This document shows, piece by piece, positions 25,581 through 39,172 of a DNA stretch of 64,000 bases. Source of the stretch: Eledone cirrhosa (Eukaryota); the NCBI GenBank assembly GCA_964016885.1, contig OZ024742.1:114328001-114392000 (forward strand), given 5' to 3'. A program made the position numbers and the translations under genes. The first letter of the stretch is position 1. Every line of letters starts with the position of its first letter. The notes under the pieces were generated by a model that was given only the letters and a program-made list of their open reading frames with translations, had not been told where the DNA came from and searched no databases.

Positions 25581-26553
25581 GTAGGAAAGTTGCATGAAAA
25601 TGCATGCTGTTCTGCAGAGGGTCACCGAGTTCTTAATAGCAAGGGCCTCGATTTTGAACAGTAGCGAGATGGTACCGAACTACTTGGCCCTTGCTTTATA
25701 CTCTATGTCACTTCCGATGCACTTCAAAGCAGCCTCGACCTCTGCTTGACTGGCAAGTTCCACTTTACGTGTCTGCACAGAAATACATCGAAAGTACACC
25801 GTCCTCCTCTTCATGGCCGCTATTGCCCCGTCCGGGATAGTCAGGTTTGGCCAGGACATCTCCCGTTTAATTAACCTCCACGCTTAGGTCAACTGTTCGT
25901 CTTTATCGCTAATATCAACATTCAATAAGCGCTTTGTTTTCGCTGCTACCGCTGCAAAGATGGTGCCTCTATTGCTCTTGTTGTTGGTGTTGTCGTTCTG
26001 GCTGTTTTTGTTGGTGTTGTTGTTGTTGTTTTGTTTTTTGTTGCTGTTACCACCGCTGTTTACATTGAGGCTGTCGGTGTTATTGTCGTTGTTGTTCTGA
26101 GTTGTTGTTGTAATAGTGGTGGTGGTGGTGGTGGTGATGTCGTTTTGAGATGATACTGCTACTATGACAGAAGGGAACGGTTGTGATGGTAACTTTTGTG
26201 TTTTGCCTTCACGTTCAGTGGAATGGTCGACAGGCATGTCTGTAGTATTCGTAGTTGTGGTGAAATCTACTGTGGTTGTTTTTGAACTTTTGACCTGAAC
26301 GTTGTTTACCGTTTCAAGGTCGAACATTTCCATATTTTTTTGGTGGGGAAGCTATTTTTTCGAAGTTTTTAAAAATAAATCTGAATATTCGGGCTTAAGG
26401 CCCGAATATTGAGAGGTTTTCCTTCCTAGGAACCAAGGTGGGTAAGTAATGCTTCGTTAACGACAAGTAAATATAAAAAATGATACTTTAATACAGCTTA
26501 AATTTACGAACCTTTTGCCCAGCAGATTTGTACGTCTTCATACATGTGCGTCC
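25581..26553 (-). mobile_element. Tx1 5' UTR plus ORF1 fragment
   Basis: ORF 25884-26333 is N/T-rich with FAAVAAKTKR (compare TFAAAAAKKR at about 1052); downstream ASQAEVEAALKC; begins at an (ATT)n tract. Confidence 0.75.
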
Positions 26554-26580
26554 GAATAATAATTAATAATAATAATAATA

Positions 26581-28460
26581 GTCCTAAATGAATATACATA
26601 TGATCACCTGATAACAAATGATCTATTTCCCAATGAGCAGAAAGGGTGTAAAGGAGGATCATATGGCTGTAAAGATCAGCTTTTGGTTACCAAAATGATA
26701 GAGGAAGATTGTCATAATAGACACGAAATTCTATTAATTGCTTGGATAGATTACAAAAAAGCATTCGATAGTTTGCCACACACTTGGATTGAAAAATGTT
26801 TAGAGTTTTTCAAAATATCTCCCGATGTAAGGAGGATCCTGTCATTCAGTATGAAGACATGCAAAACGACACTCCTTTTGAATAGTGAACAAAAATCACT
26901 GGAAGTTGTAGAAGTTAATATTAATTGTGAAATTTTTCAGGATGACTCTTTATCAGCGCTTTTATTCTGCATCGCACTTATACCATTACGTAAAATGCTC
27001 AATGATGGATATACAGTCTATGACAAAACCTATAATCATTTATTCTACATGGATGGCCTGAACCTATTTGCAAAAAAATGATGAGCAATTGCAACGGCTA
27101 TTATCCACTGTAAAGCAGTTCAGTGATGACATTAAAATAGAGTTTGGACTAGATAAATGCACCAAAGCAACGATCACCAGAGGAAAGCTGCTGAAAAGTT
27201 CAGAAATTAATCTTGATCGGGCGAAGGTGATAAGAGAACTTGATGAAGAGGAAACATACACATATCTAGGTGTTTGTGAAGCAGACGGAATCAAGCACTC
27301 GACATTGAGGGAAAGGATAAGGAAGGAATGTTACCGCAGAGTAAGAGCAATCTTAAGAACGGAATTGAAAGCAAGGAAAAGGATCGATCCCTTAAACACG
27401 CTTGCCGTACCAGTAGTAAACTAGAGTTACAATGTCATCAACTAGTCAAGCACAGTGATCCGTAGGCTCGATACAAAAATTAGAAAATCATTAACCATGC
27501 ACAGAATGCATCACCCTAAGGCAGATACAGATAAAATATATCTCCCTAGGAAAGAAGTTGGACGTGTGTTAATACAGTTAGATATTGCGTTGAAAACTGC
27601 AACAATTGGATTATCTACATATTTAAGGGAATCACACGATTGAATGATCAAACTCGTTTTGGTAACACGGAAGTATCAAAAGATCATACTCCATTACAAA
27701 AGATGCACACAGATACAGTAATGAACTACACATTTCAGAAGTTCCATTTACTGCTGAAATAAAAAAAAAAACACCGGAAAAGCAAAGCAAGTAAAAGTAA
27801 CTCCAAAGAAAGAGCTGCTACAGAAACTGGCTAGACATGGCAAGAAACGCCTATGTATGGAAAATACCCAGAAAGAGTTAACAATCCTGATGTTGACAAC
27901 ACTTTAACCCATCAGTGGTTGGCATCCTCTGGACTGAAATGGGAGACAGAAGGACTGATTATATCAGCACAAGATCAGTGTCTGCCAACAAAAAATTACC
28001 ATGCCAACATAATAATAAAGGCTGCAACACATTATGCCATGTATGTAAAAAATAACCAGAAACCATTGATCATATAATTTCAATGTGCAGTCCTATAACT
28101 CCAACCAAATACCTAAACAGGCACGACAGAGCTGCACAATACATACATTTGATAATGTGTAAGCATTTTGACCTCCCCACCAAAAGAATTGGTCGGAGCA
28201 TCAACCACCTCCCGTACTTGAAAAGGTTCACATCTCAATCTTGAACTTTAGCATCCAAACAGACCTGGAGATAGAAATTGTAAAAATGTGGAAATTGAGA
28301 ACTAAAACAATACCAGTGGTTGAAGGCGCTCTAGCAATGATACCCAAGCGGTCTAATGTTTACTCATCGAAAATCCCAGGGAGCCCGCGTATATAAGAAA
28401 ACCAAAAGATAATGGGAACTGCCAATATACTAAGGAAGATTCTGTCAATATAATTACATT
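26581..28460 (+). mobile_element. R4/Dong-type RLE LINE, 5'-truncated and decayed
   Basis: EQKGCKGGSYGCKDQLL, AWIDYKKAFDSLPH, IFQDDSLS, HLFYMD, FGLDKC, HPKAD..IYLPRK, AQDQ, RHD; preceded by (AAT)n. Confidence 0.85.
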
Positions 28461-28639
28461 ACACTTCTAAACACCTAAAGAAGCCCGTGTCTGTATGTAT
28501 GATCTCTCTAAAAATATAATCAGAACACAAACATTTTTTTTTGTTGTTTATATATATATATATATAAACAACAAAGAGAATGTGTGTTATGATTATATTT
28601 TTAATTATATTATTATTATTTCAATTGCATTTATCTTGC

Positions 28640-29105
28640 TTAATGTACATACGAGTTATCACCAAGTTACAACCAGTGAGCCTGAGAGACAACAAGGTCC
28701 GCCATCTTCAAGAAAGAAGATACATACACACACATGCATCTTTAGGTGTTTAGACAGATCCTTCCTTAGTATATGGGCAGTTCCCATTAGTACTCTCTTT
28801 TGTATTTCTCCTATACGCGGTTTTCCTGAGATTTGCGATAAGTAATAATTAGCCCCCTTAGGTATCATTCCTAGAGCGCCTACAACCACTGGTATTGTTT
28901 TAATTCTCAATTTCCACATTTTCCCAATTTTTGTCTTCAGGTCCTTACACTTGCTCAATTTTTCAAATGTTTTTATAAATACATTCTTGTCTATTGGAAT
29001 AGACATATCAATTAGCAGAGATACTCTCTTTTTAAAGTCCTTTAGTATTATATCAGGTCTATTTGCATCTATTTTTCGGTCTGTTTGGATGACAACGTTC
29101 CACAA
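28640..29105 (-). mobile_element. Second R4/Dong-type 3' fragment (RLE domain), convergent with the first
   Basis: WNVVIQTDRKIDANRPDII...IDMSIP...PVVVGALG...GTAHILRK. Confidence 0.85.
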
Positions 29106-30019
29106 GATTGTTTTACAACAGCAAATAACAGTTCATACATATTGTTTTTGTCCTTGTACGCAGGCGTATACTTTGTTGTTAATGCTATTAGTAAAGGATC
29201 TTCAATACCGCTTATAATTAACAATTTAACTGGAACCTAGAAGTAGCCCACAACACACCGCATAACATCTACCCTACCAACATCACTTAACTAGGCATGT
29301 TATACTTATTAAACACCTCCACATTTTTTTGTTTATAAATGCAACATAGTTATCTCCCTTAGATTATCATTCCCCTTTGTAACCGCAATTTTTATTTACA
29401 AATTAGGCTCATCCAATTCCATCTTCGTAAGTTATACACTTTGATGTATATTTACCTCTGCTTTAAATGAACCTTTATCCAGGAATGATTGGTTGTGCTA
29501 ACCTTAATTAGCATCAATATTAACAAATCGTTCTTCTCTCGATATTCTATACTAATAGCATTAACAGCAAATTATACGCGTGCATAGACATACAAAAAAT
29601 ATGTATGAATTGTTATCCGCTGTTGTATAGATGAAACAATGTAAGAAATACAATTTGGTTTCAAACGTATTGCCTTCTCCTCCATTTCTTCTGCTTATAA
29701 TTGCTCTACATACCGTTTTCATTAAATATTATCCCCTCTTTAATATTTAACACTGTAACCCTAAGCATTGGGCAGACGTCTCTTCAGTTATCAGCATCTA
29801 CTCTACTGTATCACACATTTTTCTCTCTCCTTTCTTATGATACCTATATCCTCTCTAGTGTGTTGGGTGTGTGTATGTGTGTGTGTCTGTGCGTATGTGT
29901 GTGTGACTGAGTGTGTGTATATATATATATATATACACATATATATATATATATATCATAAATTTAGTTACATATGTTTTGTCATAACTACATAATGGGA
30001 AGAACTGACTAAAAGCAAT

Positions 30020-30830
30020 TTCTCACGATAAATAAATAATGTACACTGTAGAGCAGTTGTCACATCTCATCTTTAAACCGTTGGATGTCACAGCATAGAA
30101 ATAACGTATGTGTAAATTGGTTGTTTTATCTTCTCTTGGGATTGGAAAACAAATCTCATTTAGCACAGAAATCCAAGAAAATGATATGGATTGGTTTCCA
30201 ATGAATGGCAAAAAGAAAATGAGGCGAAATACTAATTACCTTTAATTATCAAAACATTAACTATATGGATACCCTTTTCTAAGATTCTAAGTAACATATT
30301 CAGTTTATGTAATGCTCTTAATATGGTTCCTCAGTGTAGGTTATCATCTAATAATTCATGCAAGATTATAAAATCTTAATTATTAATATAAACATGTTTA
30401 ACCAGATATGAGATAGCTTTATAATAGTCAACAAGTTTAACAGTTATTATGTGTTTATTACACATCCTACAATCAGAATCTGTTATCTGAATTTCTTCAA
30501 ATGCAGAAAATGTCTACGAGAAAGGTCAATTCGTTTCGTCATAATTGATAAATTGAAGATTTCAAATTGTCTATGAAAATAATAATTAGCTTGTATACAT
30601 ATACTTAATATTATGTTTATATAATAGTCGTGACTATTTTTTTCTTTTTCTGTGTGTGCATACGTATAGCTTATCAGGAGGGAAAATATATAAAGAAACG
30701 ATATACGATGTGTTTGAAAATTGGAGATAATATGCAAAACAAGATTCCACCAAGTATTTGCAGTAAGAAATGTATCAGCTATGGAAATACGAAGATAAAA
30801 AGGAAAATGTCTCTATTTCAGTCTGATTAA
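30020..30830 (-). pseudogene. Possible heavily degraded class-A GPCR pseudogene
   Basis: Minus frame RHFPFYLRISIADTFL (TM2-like), hydrophobic stretches and YFYAVTSNGLK (TM7-like); judged by eye only. Confidence 0.3.
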
Positions 30831-31093
30831 ACAATATTCTGACGTGAATAGGTTATATTAAATGCGTATATACCATCAACAATTATTACTTTTGTAATGA
30901 AGACAATCATGTAATGGAAGATACGTAAGAAAAAACATTTTCTTTATACACATCTGTTTGTTAAATATTAATTAACGAAGATGTTTCAAATATTTACGAT
31001 GTTCACTAGCTTAAAAATTAAATGCATATATAACAATATATAACAATATATATTATATATATATATATATATTATATATATATATATATATAT

Positions 31094-31150
<57 letters not shown>

Positions 31151-31152
<2 letters not shown>

Positions 31153-32551
31153 AACGAGTAGGACCCCGACGGCTGAGCTCAAGCCGTTTCGACGGCTAAT
31201 TCTGGACTAAATGAAAATGTTTATTCTGGTAAATGACTAGCCGAGCTTCTCAGAGGGTAATTCCATATATGGTAAAAGTGATTGTAACAAGGATTGGTCA
31301 ACAGTTTGTTGTTGAGACACATAATTCTATCATGGAAATTTGTGGGGGGAAGGGTTAGCTGAAACTGCCAGTAGAAGAAAGAGGGAGAGAGGGTGGAGGA
31401 AATCCAGTCGTGCGTTGATAGTGCCAACTACAGCTGGGCAGGAGGTCAAGGAAGTATACTAGAGTGAGAGAGGGGGAGGAAGTCGAAACAATAAGTAAAA
31501 CAGTATGGGGTAAATATATAGAAAAATACCGAGAATGTTAAAAAAAAATTAATTATAAAAAAACAATTTCTGGTTACTATAACCTAAGGACAGCTATCAA
31601 GTCTCTCACTGGTACTGCCAGATTAAAGAAAGGTTTACTAGGTGGGACGGAATTATAATGAAACCCTTTTAAGAGGTATTAGTAATCAACTGAGTATATC
31701 TTACGGTGACGGGTCAACAATTTTTCGTGTCAAATTTTTCATATACTTCGTACGAGCATTTGTGTAGTTTTCACTAGAATTTTTGTATCGTAGCGGCACC
31801 CTTAGAGCCATTATTAGTATTCTTTTTCGAGCTTCTGAATTATTATTTCGTATTAGTTTATTTTTTTTGCACTGGGTGGTTGCTGGCCTTGTGCCTGGGG
31901 TAGAAACCTTTATTTCGTATTAGTCTCGGGACTCTGAATTATTATTTCGTGGTAGTTTCTTTAGTATTTTGGCCCCCCACTTGTTGACCCGTCACCGTTA
32001 GATATACTCGGTTGATTACTACTACCTCTTAAAAGGGTCTCATTATAATTCCGTCCCACCTAGTAAACCTTTCTTTAGTCTAGCAGTACCAGTGCGAGAC
32101 TTGATAGCTCTCCTTAGGTTATAGTAACCAGAAATTTTTTTTTTTATAATTATTTATTTTTTTAACATTCTCGTATTTTTCTATATATTTACCCCATATT
32201 GTTTTACTTATTGTTCCGACTGACTCCCACTCTCCCTCCCTAGTATACTTCCTTGACCTCCTGCCCAGCTGTAGTTGGTACTATCAACGCACGACTGGGT
32301 TTCCTCCACCCCCTCTCCCTCTTTGTTCTACTGGCAGGTTCAGCTGCCCCTTACCTCCACAAATTGCCATGATAGAATTATGTGTCTCAACAACAAACTT
32401 TTGACCAATCCTTGTGACAATCACTTTTACCATATATGGAATTACCCCCTGAGAAGCTCGGCTATTCATATACCAGGATAAAAATGTTCATTTAGTCCAG
32501 AATTAGCCGTCGAAACGGCTTGAGCTCAGGCGGCGGTGTCCTACTCGTTCC
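31151..32551. mobile_element. Non-coding foldback element with arms of about 570 bp and hammerhead-like termini
   Basis: 31151-31720 is the reverse complement of 31981-32551; 260-bp spacer; TA-rich flanks. Confidence 0.9.
31163..31258 (-). ncRNA. Hammerhead-like motif with long stem II (mirror copy 32444-32539, +)
   Basis: ACCCT-CTGAGAA-gctCGGCTA...TAGCCGtc-GAA-ACGGCT tgagctc AGCCGT-C-GGGGT; position 8 is A instead of G. Confidence 0.6.
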
Positions 32552-33067
32552 TATTATATATATGTGTATAGTAAAAAAGAGAAAGGAAAACAGTAGATAA
32601 TGCTAGAGGGACTTTTTTCAGAATAACATCAACACATCTATTTACAAAATAGGGATTCCCGCGATTAATTGTTACAGTTATCAGCTGTGTATGCTCTTTC
32701 AACGACGGAAGTGTATAGTGCAGTTAAATTGCATATTAATTAGAATAATAAGGAAATGGAGAAACACATTTTTAGTTGGTACATATATATTTAAGGAGGA
32801 AAGATCATAAAATTCTCCGTAGTTTCCTTTCGTTCTCTGTTATATATATATATTGTAAATAGCTAATGACCGTTGGCTGAGTCATGTTCTTTCGATGGTG
32901 AGAAGATAACTGGATAAGTCATAACACCGTCGAAATTGTGTACATTCATCCATCTGTCAGTAAATATTTACAATTCATACACGTATTGAGTACTTAGTTG
33001 AACATGGTATCAATAGTCTAAACCGGTAACACCTAATCTACACACATACACACAGACACACACACAC

Positions 33068-33114
<47 letters not shown>

Positions 33115-33236
33115 GGTTGCCTGCTCAATAGAAAGATTTACCACTTCAGTGCACACCATGGGTAGGTCTGCCACGATATATTATGTTATATCATGATATA
33201 TTATGTTATATCAGACATACTTTTTAAAAGCTGTAG

Positions 33237-33450
33237 ACACTTATCCATGCCGCATATGCTATCAGATTCTGTAAATCTTAAGGAGTTCGAAACGAGTATT
33301 TCAAAGTTCGGTATATTCAGATAACAGAGTCTTTGCAAGCTGTATTAAAACTATAGTATAATTCATCTGAATATACCGAACTTTGAAATACCCGTTTCGA
33401 ACTCCTTAAGATTTACAGAATCGGATAGCATATGCGGCATGGATAAGTGT
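33237..33450. repeat. MITE-like inverted repeat with 86-bp arms and a 42-bp spacer
   Basis: 33237-33322 versus 33365-33450, two mismatches. Confidence 0.9.
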
Positions 33451-33479
33451 GAAATGCTGGGTATATTATATAGTGTGTA

Positions 33480-34740
33480 GGAAGGGCCCTATTGTGTGAT
33501 ACTATGTGAGACTTAATTGCAGCCTCTGACAGGCAGATTCTGCCACAGTTTCATATTGTTGCATTAATTTGATATTCTCGTACTGGCTGTTTATTACACT
33601 TAATATTTACATGAATTAGCCTCTTTTGTAAAAATGTCTTCACACCATCCCACATTTTTAAACGTCAGGTATTGCGATCCAGTACGAGATAATGCTTTGT
33701 GGTCTATTCCTAAACCTTTCAGGTTCTCCTTATATGCGTCGTTGAATCTTTTATATGGTTTACTCTGTTTAATTTTTTTCTTTGAACAATTCCCCATAAA
33801 GGTTTTGCTTAGGTATTCACTCATCAGACATGCAGACGATAGTTTCAGACCATCGCAGATCGCTTTACAAAACTATTTTCTGGTTAGAAACATTACTAAC
33901 TGCAACTGAATCACTAATGTCGATAGGGGATGAATTCCATTTTACTTTCAGAATATATGGCGTAACAATTATTGATGGAATTGTTCCAGGTCTCTATATT
34001 GATACTTGAAAGAATCCTTATTTCTAAGAGTTTAGAATAGACGATAACACGAAGTATCTATACAGAGATATGTTTGTTTCATTCTTGATGCATATGTGTG
34101 ACCAAATACGAAACTCTAAACTACAACATGATTTCGCTGCTTTTTTCAAATCATTATATATATATTTATGTTTAATGTTCCGCATGCAAAATATTATATT
34201 TCCCATATAGTTTAGGTTCTTGCACAACAAACCAGGTGCAGATTGCGACAGAACAATCGTCTGTAAAAAATGTATAGTGAAGCCAAAGATATCACATGCA
34301 GAATTAAATGCTGAAATCAATAATTAATGTCTCCGCACAGAATGGCTGTGTAAGTCACACTCATCAGTATAAAATAGACCTCTTATAAACTTGCTGAACA
34401 ATTCGCTCTTATAATTCCTTCTTCCTGAATTAAAGACATTTCATGTGGTAAGATGGCTTACATATACACCTTCATATTTGGTTTAGAAAGTATGGCATCG
34501 AAATAAATTGCAAAATGGGCAGGGAGTGTGTCCCCAAAGTTAACTCTGTCTTTCATGTCTTACTGAAGAACTTTCAATATATTTCGAAACTGTTGACGTC
34601 ATCCAAATTTAGTCATAACCACAGGAGGTGAAGGTCTGCTCAATACGATATTCCTGTAGTTGTTTCATTGTCAAGATCATATCACCATAGTCTATTTTCA
34701 CACGAAATTATCATTGTGAAACTTATACGACTTTTGGCAC
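33480..34740 (-). pseudogene. Old RTE-clade LINE RT fragment
   Basis: Minus: LFYTDECDL, FNSACDIFGFTI, LRWS...IPKQNLYGEL, KRFNDAYKENLK. Confidence 0.65.
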
Positions 34741-34925
34741 TAGTAAATGATTAGGTTTTACGAAACGTGTTCATGCTGCATTCTTTCAGACAACAGACAT
34801 GGTGGAAATGCCACTAACATTACCACGTTTGTCTTTGGCACCGTACTTGAAAAGAGAGACCAAAATAACATCAACCCCGGTTATTTAAATTGCAATGTGT
34901 ACATTTCTGTAATGCAGATGCAATG

Positions 34926-36900
34926 TTATTTGATTATGTAAGGGAGAATAAAATTATGGTGTAGCGAAATGTCTTTGCAGGAATCCTTTTTTGTAATCTT
35001 TGATGTGTTGGGACCACAATAGAGCCCACATAAAAGAATGTGGGTAATGTAAATATCTAAGAGGTAATTTCCCTCAACCAGAATATAAAAAAAGACTGAT
35101 AAATAATAGATAGGTAATGCACGAAACAATTTGGTTACTAACAGGGTTTCACGCAGATATGTATGCCAGTTAAGGAAGAACACTTTGATGTTTCGTTTTT
35201 TCCAATTCACTCCTCAAAAGAGGATATAGTTAACGTATATCATGTTCAAGTATATTGGATAAAATATTACTTCGCTTTGTTTTATTTGTTATCATGAATT
35301 ATTTTGAAATAATTGCATTTTTTCCCAAGGATAATGTTGAAAGTAATTGTTGATATATAATCCGCGCCAAAACTGCAAATCTCATTCGATCCGCAGGTGG
35401 CACATTCTATATCCAAGACCTTATTTGCATAATCAACAGTTCGTCGCTGTTTCCGGCCTTTTATTTTGGACAAACTAGACAAAAACGTTGGAGAGTTTTG
35501 TCTATCGTCTTTCAGATATCAGCCTCAACAACTCGTACCCGGTCACATTGGATATACGTATGTCGGGGTTTCCTAACCTAAGGGAATTCCCACACCGGGG
35601 GTTGATTTCATCTGATGGGTGGCCGATGAGTAACTAAACAGAAAATCGTGGGCAATTGGGAAATTTGGTTGGTGATATATGTTTTTGAGTATTAAGAAAT
35701 GCAACTGACCTGTATAACAAAAAAGCAGGAGGTTAAATGGGAAAACTGTAACACATTCATAGTTTCGATACAAACATCCTCTAGAAAGGAGCATTTTGAT
35801 ATTTGTATAGTTTCGAGAATTGTCATTAATATTCAGACAGTTTGTCGAACAAAATATATTTTTTCGGTTATAAATTAGATAAGGTAAGACCAAGAACAAT
35901 GTGACAGTAAAATTAAGAAATCATCTCAGGATAGACTCCTCCACAACGCCAGCTCCGATGGACCACATATAAATTTGATAAAGACGATAAACTCTAGGAA
36001 TTCTGACAAAAGACCTAGACAAGTTAGCGTGAACGATAATGCCAGGCGAAATATGATAATCCCAAGATAGGACTTGTTCACAGCCCAATGCTCATGTTCA
36101 TATAAACAGACAGCTATTTCATGCTGTTGGATTTTATTGAATGTCATTGAAACGCTTTTGTGTTCTCGTATATGTACATTATTGAAAACGGAATTCAGGT
36201 AATAATATAAACTGTTGAACGAATATGTTGGTATTTATTGTTCCTAACATTTACTCTGTATTTTCATTTAAGAAACTGTACAGCATTGTTATATATCGAA
36301 TGAGTATATCGCTTCTACGTAGAACAGTCAATTACCTATGAATCTTAAGTGCAACCGAAATTGATGCCTGGTTGCCTTCACACTTATAGTATCACTCTAA
36401 GCATGCTGACCATAAGAAAACTATTTCTATTTGTCATATTACTTACAGATTAATACTTCAAAACGGGTCATGTTAATCTTGGAATTTCGGAAAGAAACAC
36501 AGGAAGATAACGTTATGATTGCATCGAATAATTTTTGCCTTACTGGTCGTAACCACGGGTAAGTCCCACACTATTGAAAAATCAATAATTCGACATGTTA
36601 TTGAAATGGTTTTCTCGACTGCAATGCATAAAACACCTGACACAATTATCAATGCAATTCTACTTAGAAATAACACACCTTCTCAGTGAAATGTTATTGC
36701 TTGTTTGTACTGTGTATATATTTTAATTTTACAATTGTGAATAAAGCAAGTTGAATTGTTTTCAGTACATCATAAAAAGTCAGTTTAGGAATAAAAAAAT
36801 AAACATCTACCAAACAATTTTGGTAAGCATTTGAACATTTACAATAGAGTTGGACGGTGGACGCCAATGAAAACCGGAGACAAGTGCTTCTAGAAGCTAC
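34926..36900 (-). pseudogene. Possible degraded intronless class-A (FMRFamide-receptor-like) GPCR pseudogenes, perhaps two in tandem
   Basis: SRIALIIVSGVLCIAVEK...TTSKAKII...IFLCFFPKF (TM3-4-like); LTCLGLLSEFLEFIVF...LWRSLS*DDFLIL (TM1-2-like); SVFFYILVEGNY (TM7-like). Confidence 0.35.
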
Positions 36901-38449
36901 CACAATTTATATTCCCCCCCAATCTCCAATTACTGATTATGATAATGTGCCAACCCACTTCATCAAATCTGTATTTACCTCCATTTATGCTAGGCTGCCA
37001 TTACACACTTAATCTCCAATTTTATATCTAAAATATATACACCGCCCAGAAATGATAAGATATATTTACTTTAAATTCATCCGATTCATTCCAACGTCAC
37101 AATTTGTTTCTCCCGAAAAGCCCTAGGCTCAGTTCTATATTCAGATCTGGGATAAATATACCAGATATTTTCTCTGATAGCTTATTTTCTATTTGTAGGA
37201 TAACAATTTATTAGAAATTTACTTTTCACAATATATCCTTAAATAGTTTGAATGGTGGTGGCATGGAACTCGACTTACGATATAACTCTAGCGCCCACGT
37301 ATGTTGACAGCAATATATACATGCACGCAGACACAGCACTTACGCTTATAGAAACATACACGTACCCGAAGATGCAATCACTCATAGTATATACGCCCGA
37401 TAACTACACATCCACCCTCTCCCTCACACAGACAAGATACACACGGACGTGCACAAACAGATGCGTACAGACACTCATCTATAAAACAAAGAATCTCGCA
37501 CAAGTCTACAACACACGCACAAAAGAACTACTTCTAGAACTGGGCACTTTGTCGGCACTAGTGTATTCGCATCCCACGCATGACTAACATGCATAGCTAC
37601 ATACACACTTGTCCAATTAACATTCTTTTTTCTCCTCAAATAATTTCCCATTCGTTTTATTTCCTTCTACAAGCGTAGATCGAACAATGATTTTTTTGTA
37701 ACTGCTCTCCGTGATTGCCTTTTATTTTTACTTTGCGCTTTATATATAAGTGTGGGTGCGTGTGTATGTACGTGTTTATCTGTGTCCGTTTTTGTCGCGT
37801 CAGACTAACAGCAACACTTGTTTATTTAGGCATACTTGTTTATATTATTCCTTATACATAACATTTCCATATAAATATATATGTACATATTATTGATCGT
37901 ATGCAACAAGGTACATAATATGAACCAAATATTTCAATTATATTCCTTACGTAATAATAATTAGGCGATAATTGAATTGGTATGTTTAAATCAATTAACG
38001 TGTTTATAAATGAGTTAATCTAATTCTAACTTAGACACACAGATTCTAATCAATAGGGAATGTTATTTTAGGAGTATGCCAGGTGAATGATGCAAATATT
38101 TATACTTCTGAATTTAATAAGATTATACATTCACGTTCTTGATATTCTACAATATATATATTTTTTTTCTTTTAATCTAATTGCCATATTGACAGATGAA
38201 ATAATTTTCAATGTATGTATACTGAGTAATTGTTTATGAATTGGGTATATATTTATTCTCACAAAAGGTAATTATATCCTTAATCACTTTCCAAGAAACT
38301 TTAACTTTATACTTTACATATCAATTAAATCATATATAGCTTGGAATAAAAAGTATATTTGGAGGAGCGATGAAATCTAAAGTGGTGTTTTTAATTAAAT
38401 ATACAATATATTATCAAATATAGTATACATAGATTCATACATACATACT

Positions 38450-38512
<63 letters not shown>

Positions 38513-38516
<4 letters not shown>

Positions 38517-39172
38517 GGAAAATGGCATGCTGTGTTGTTGTGAATGTGATACATATGAAGTAAAAATTAGAAAGAGAATTCGGGGCTATCCGACATCAGT
38601 GATCTACTAGCCATCATAGGTATTTCTTCGCATTAAAGATCAGACACATCCGGCTAGCGCGAACAATAACTAAAATAAATGATTGGGATAAAAAAGAATT
38701 GGGTGGAGAAAGAGAGACAGGTGAACAAACAATAATGGTGAGGCAACGTAAATAGAGGAAAAATGAGTAAATCAAGTCAGTGATTCATTTGAACATAATA
38801 ACTTGCGAACATTGACGAGAAGACGAAAGACCATCCGTACCGTGCGAAAAGTGAGCGTGAAAAGAATTTCGAACAGTGCCGGACGTTGCAGGAAGTGAGA
38901 GAGTGTGAGTAGCAGAGAGTGAGTGAGTGAAAGTGTGAGGAAGAGGCTAGCCGAGAGAAGGTGACTAGCAGAAGGGGAGAATGATAGTAAGAGGGAGAAG
39001 CAGAGAGAGAAGGAGGAGAGAGAAAGAGGATAGCAGTAAGGGAAGAGAAAAAGAGACGTCACAGTGAAGGGGAAACCATATAGGAATGGAAAATGGCATG
39101 CTGTGTTGTTGCGAATGTGATACATATGAAGTAAAATTTAGAAAGAGAATCCGGGACTATCCATCATCAGTT
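38513..39172 (-). mobile_element. Non-coding unit with direct repeats of about 90 bp, in (TA)n
   Basis: 38514-38600 is repeated at 39085-39171; minus strand shows CTGATGA/CTGATGT followed by a short hairpin. Confidence 0.65.

Noticed and set aside
32892-32935. 11-bp hairpin ending in GAAA
   Set aside because: No CUGANGA core at the required position
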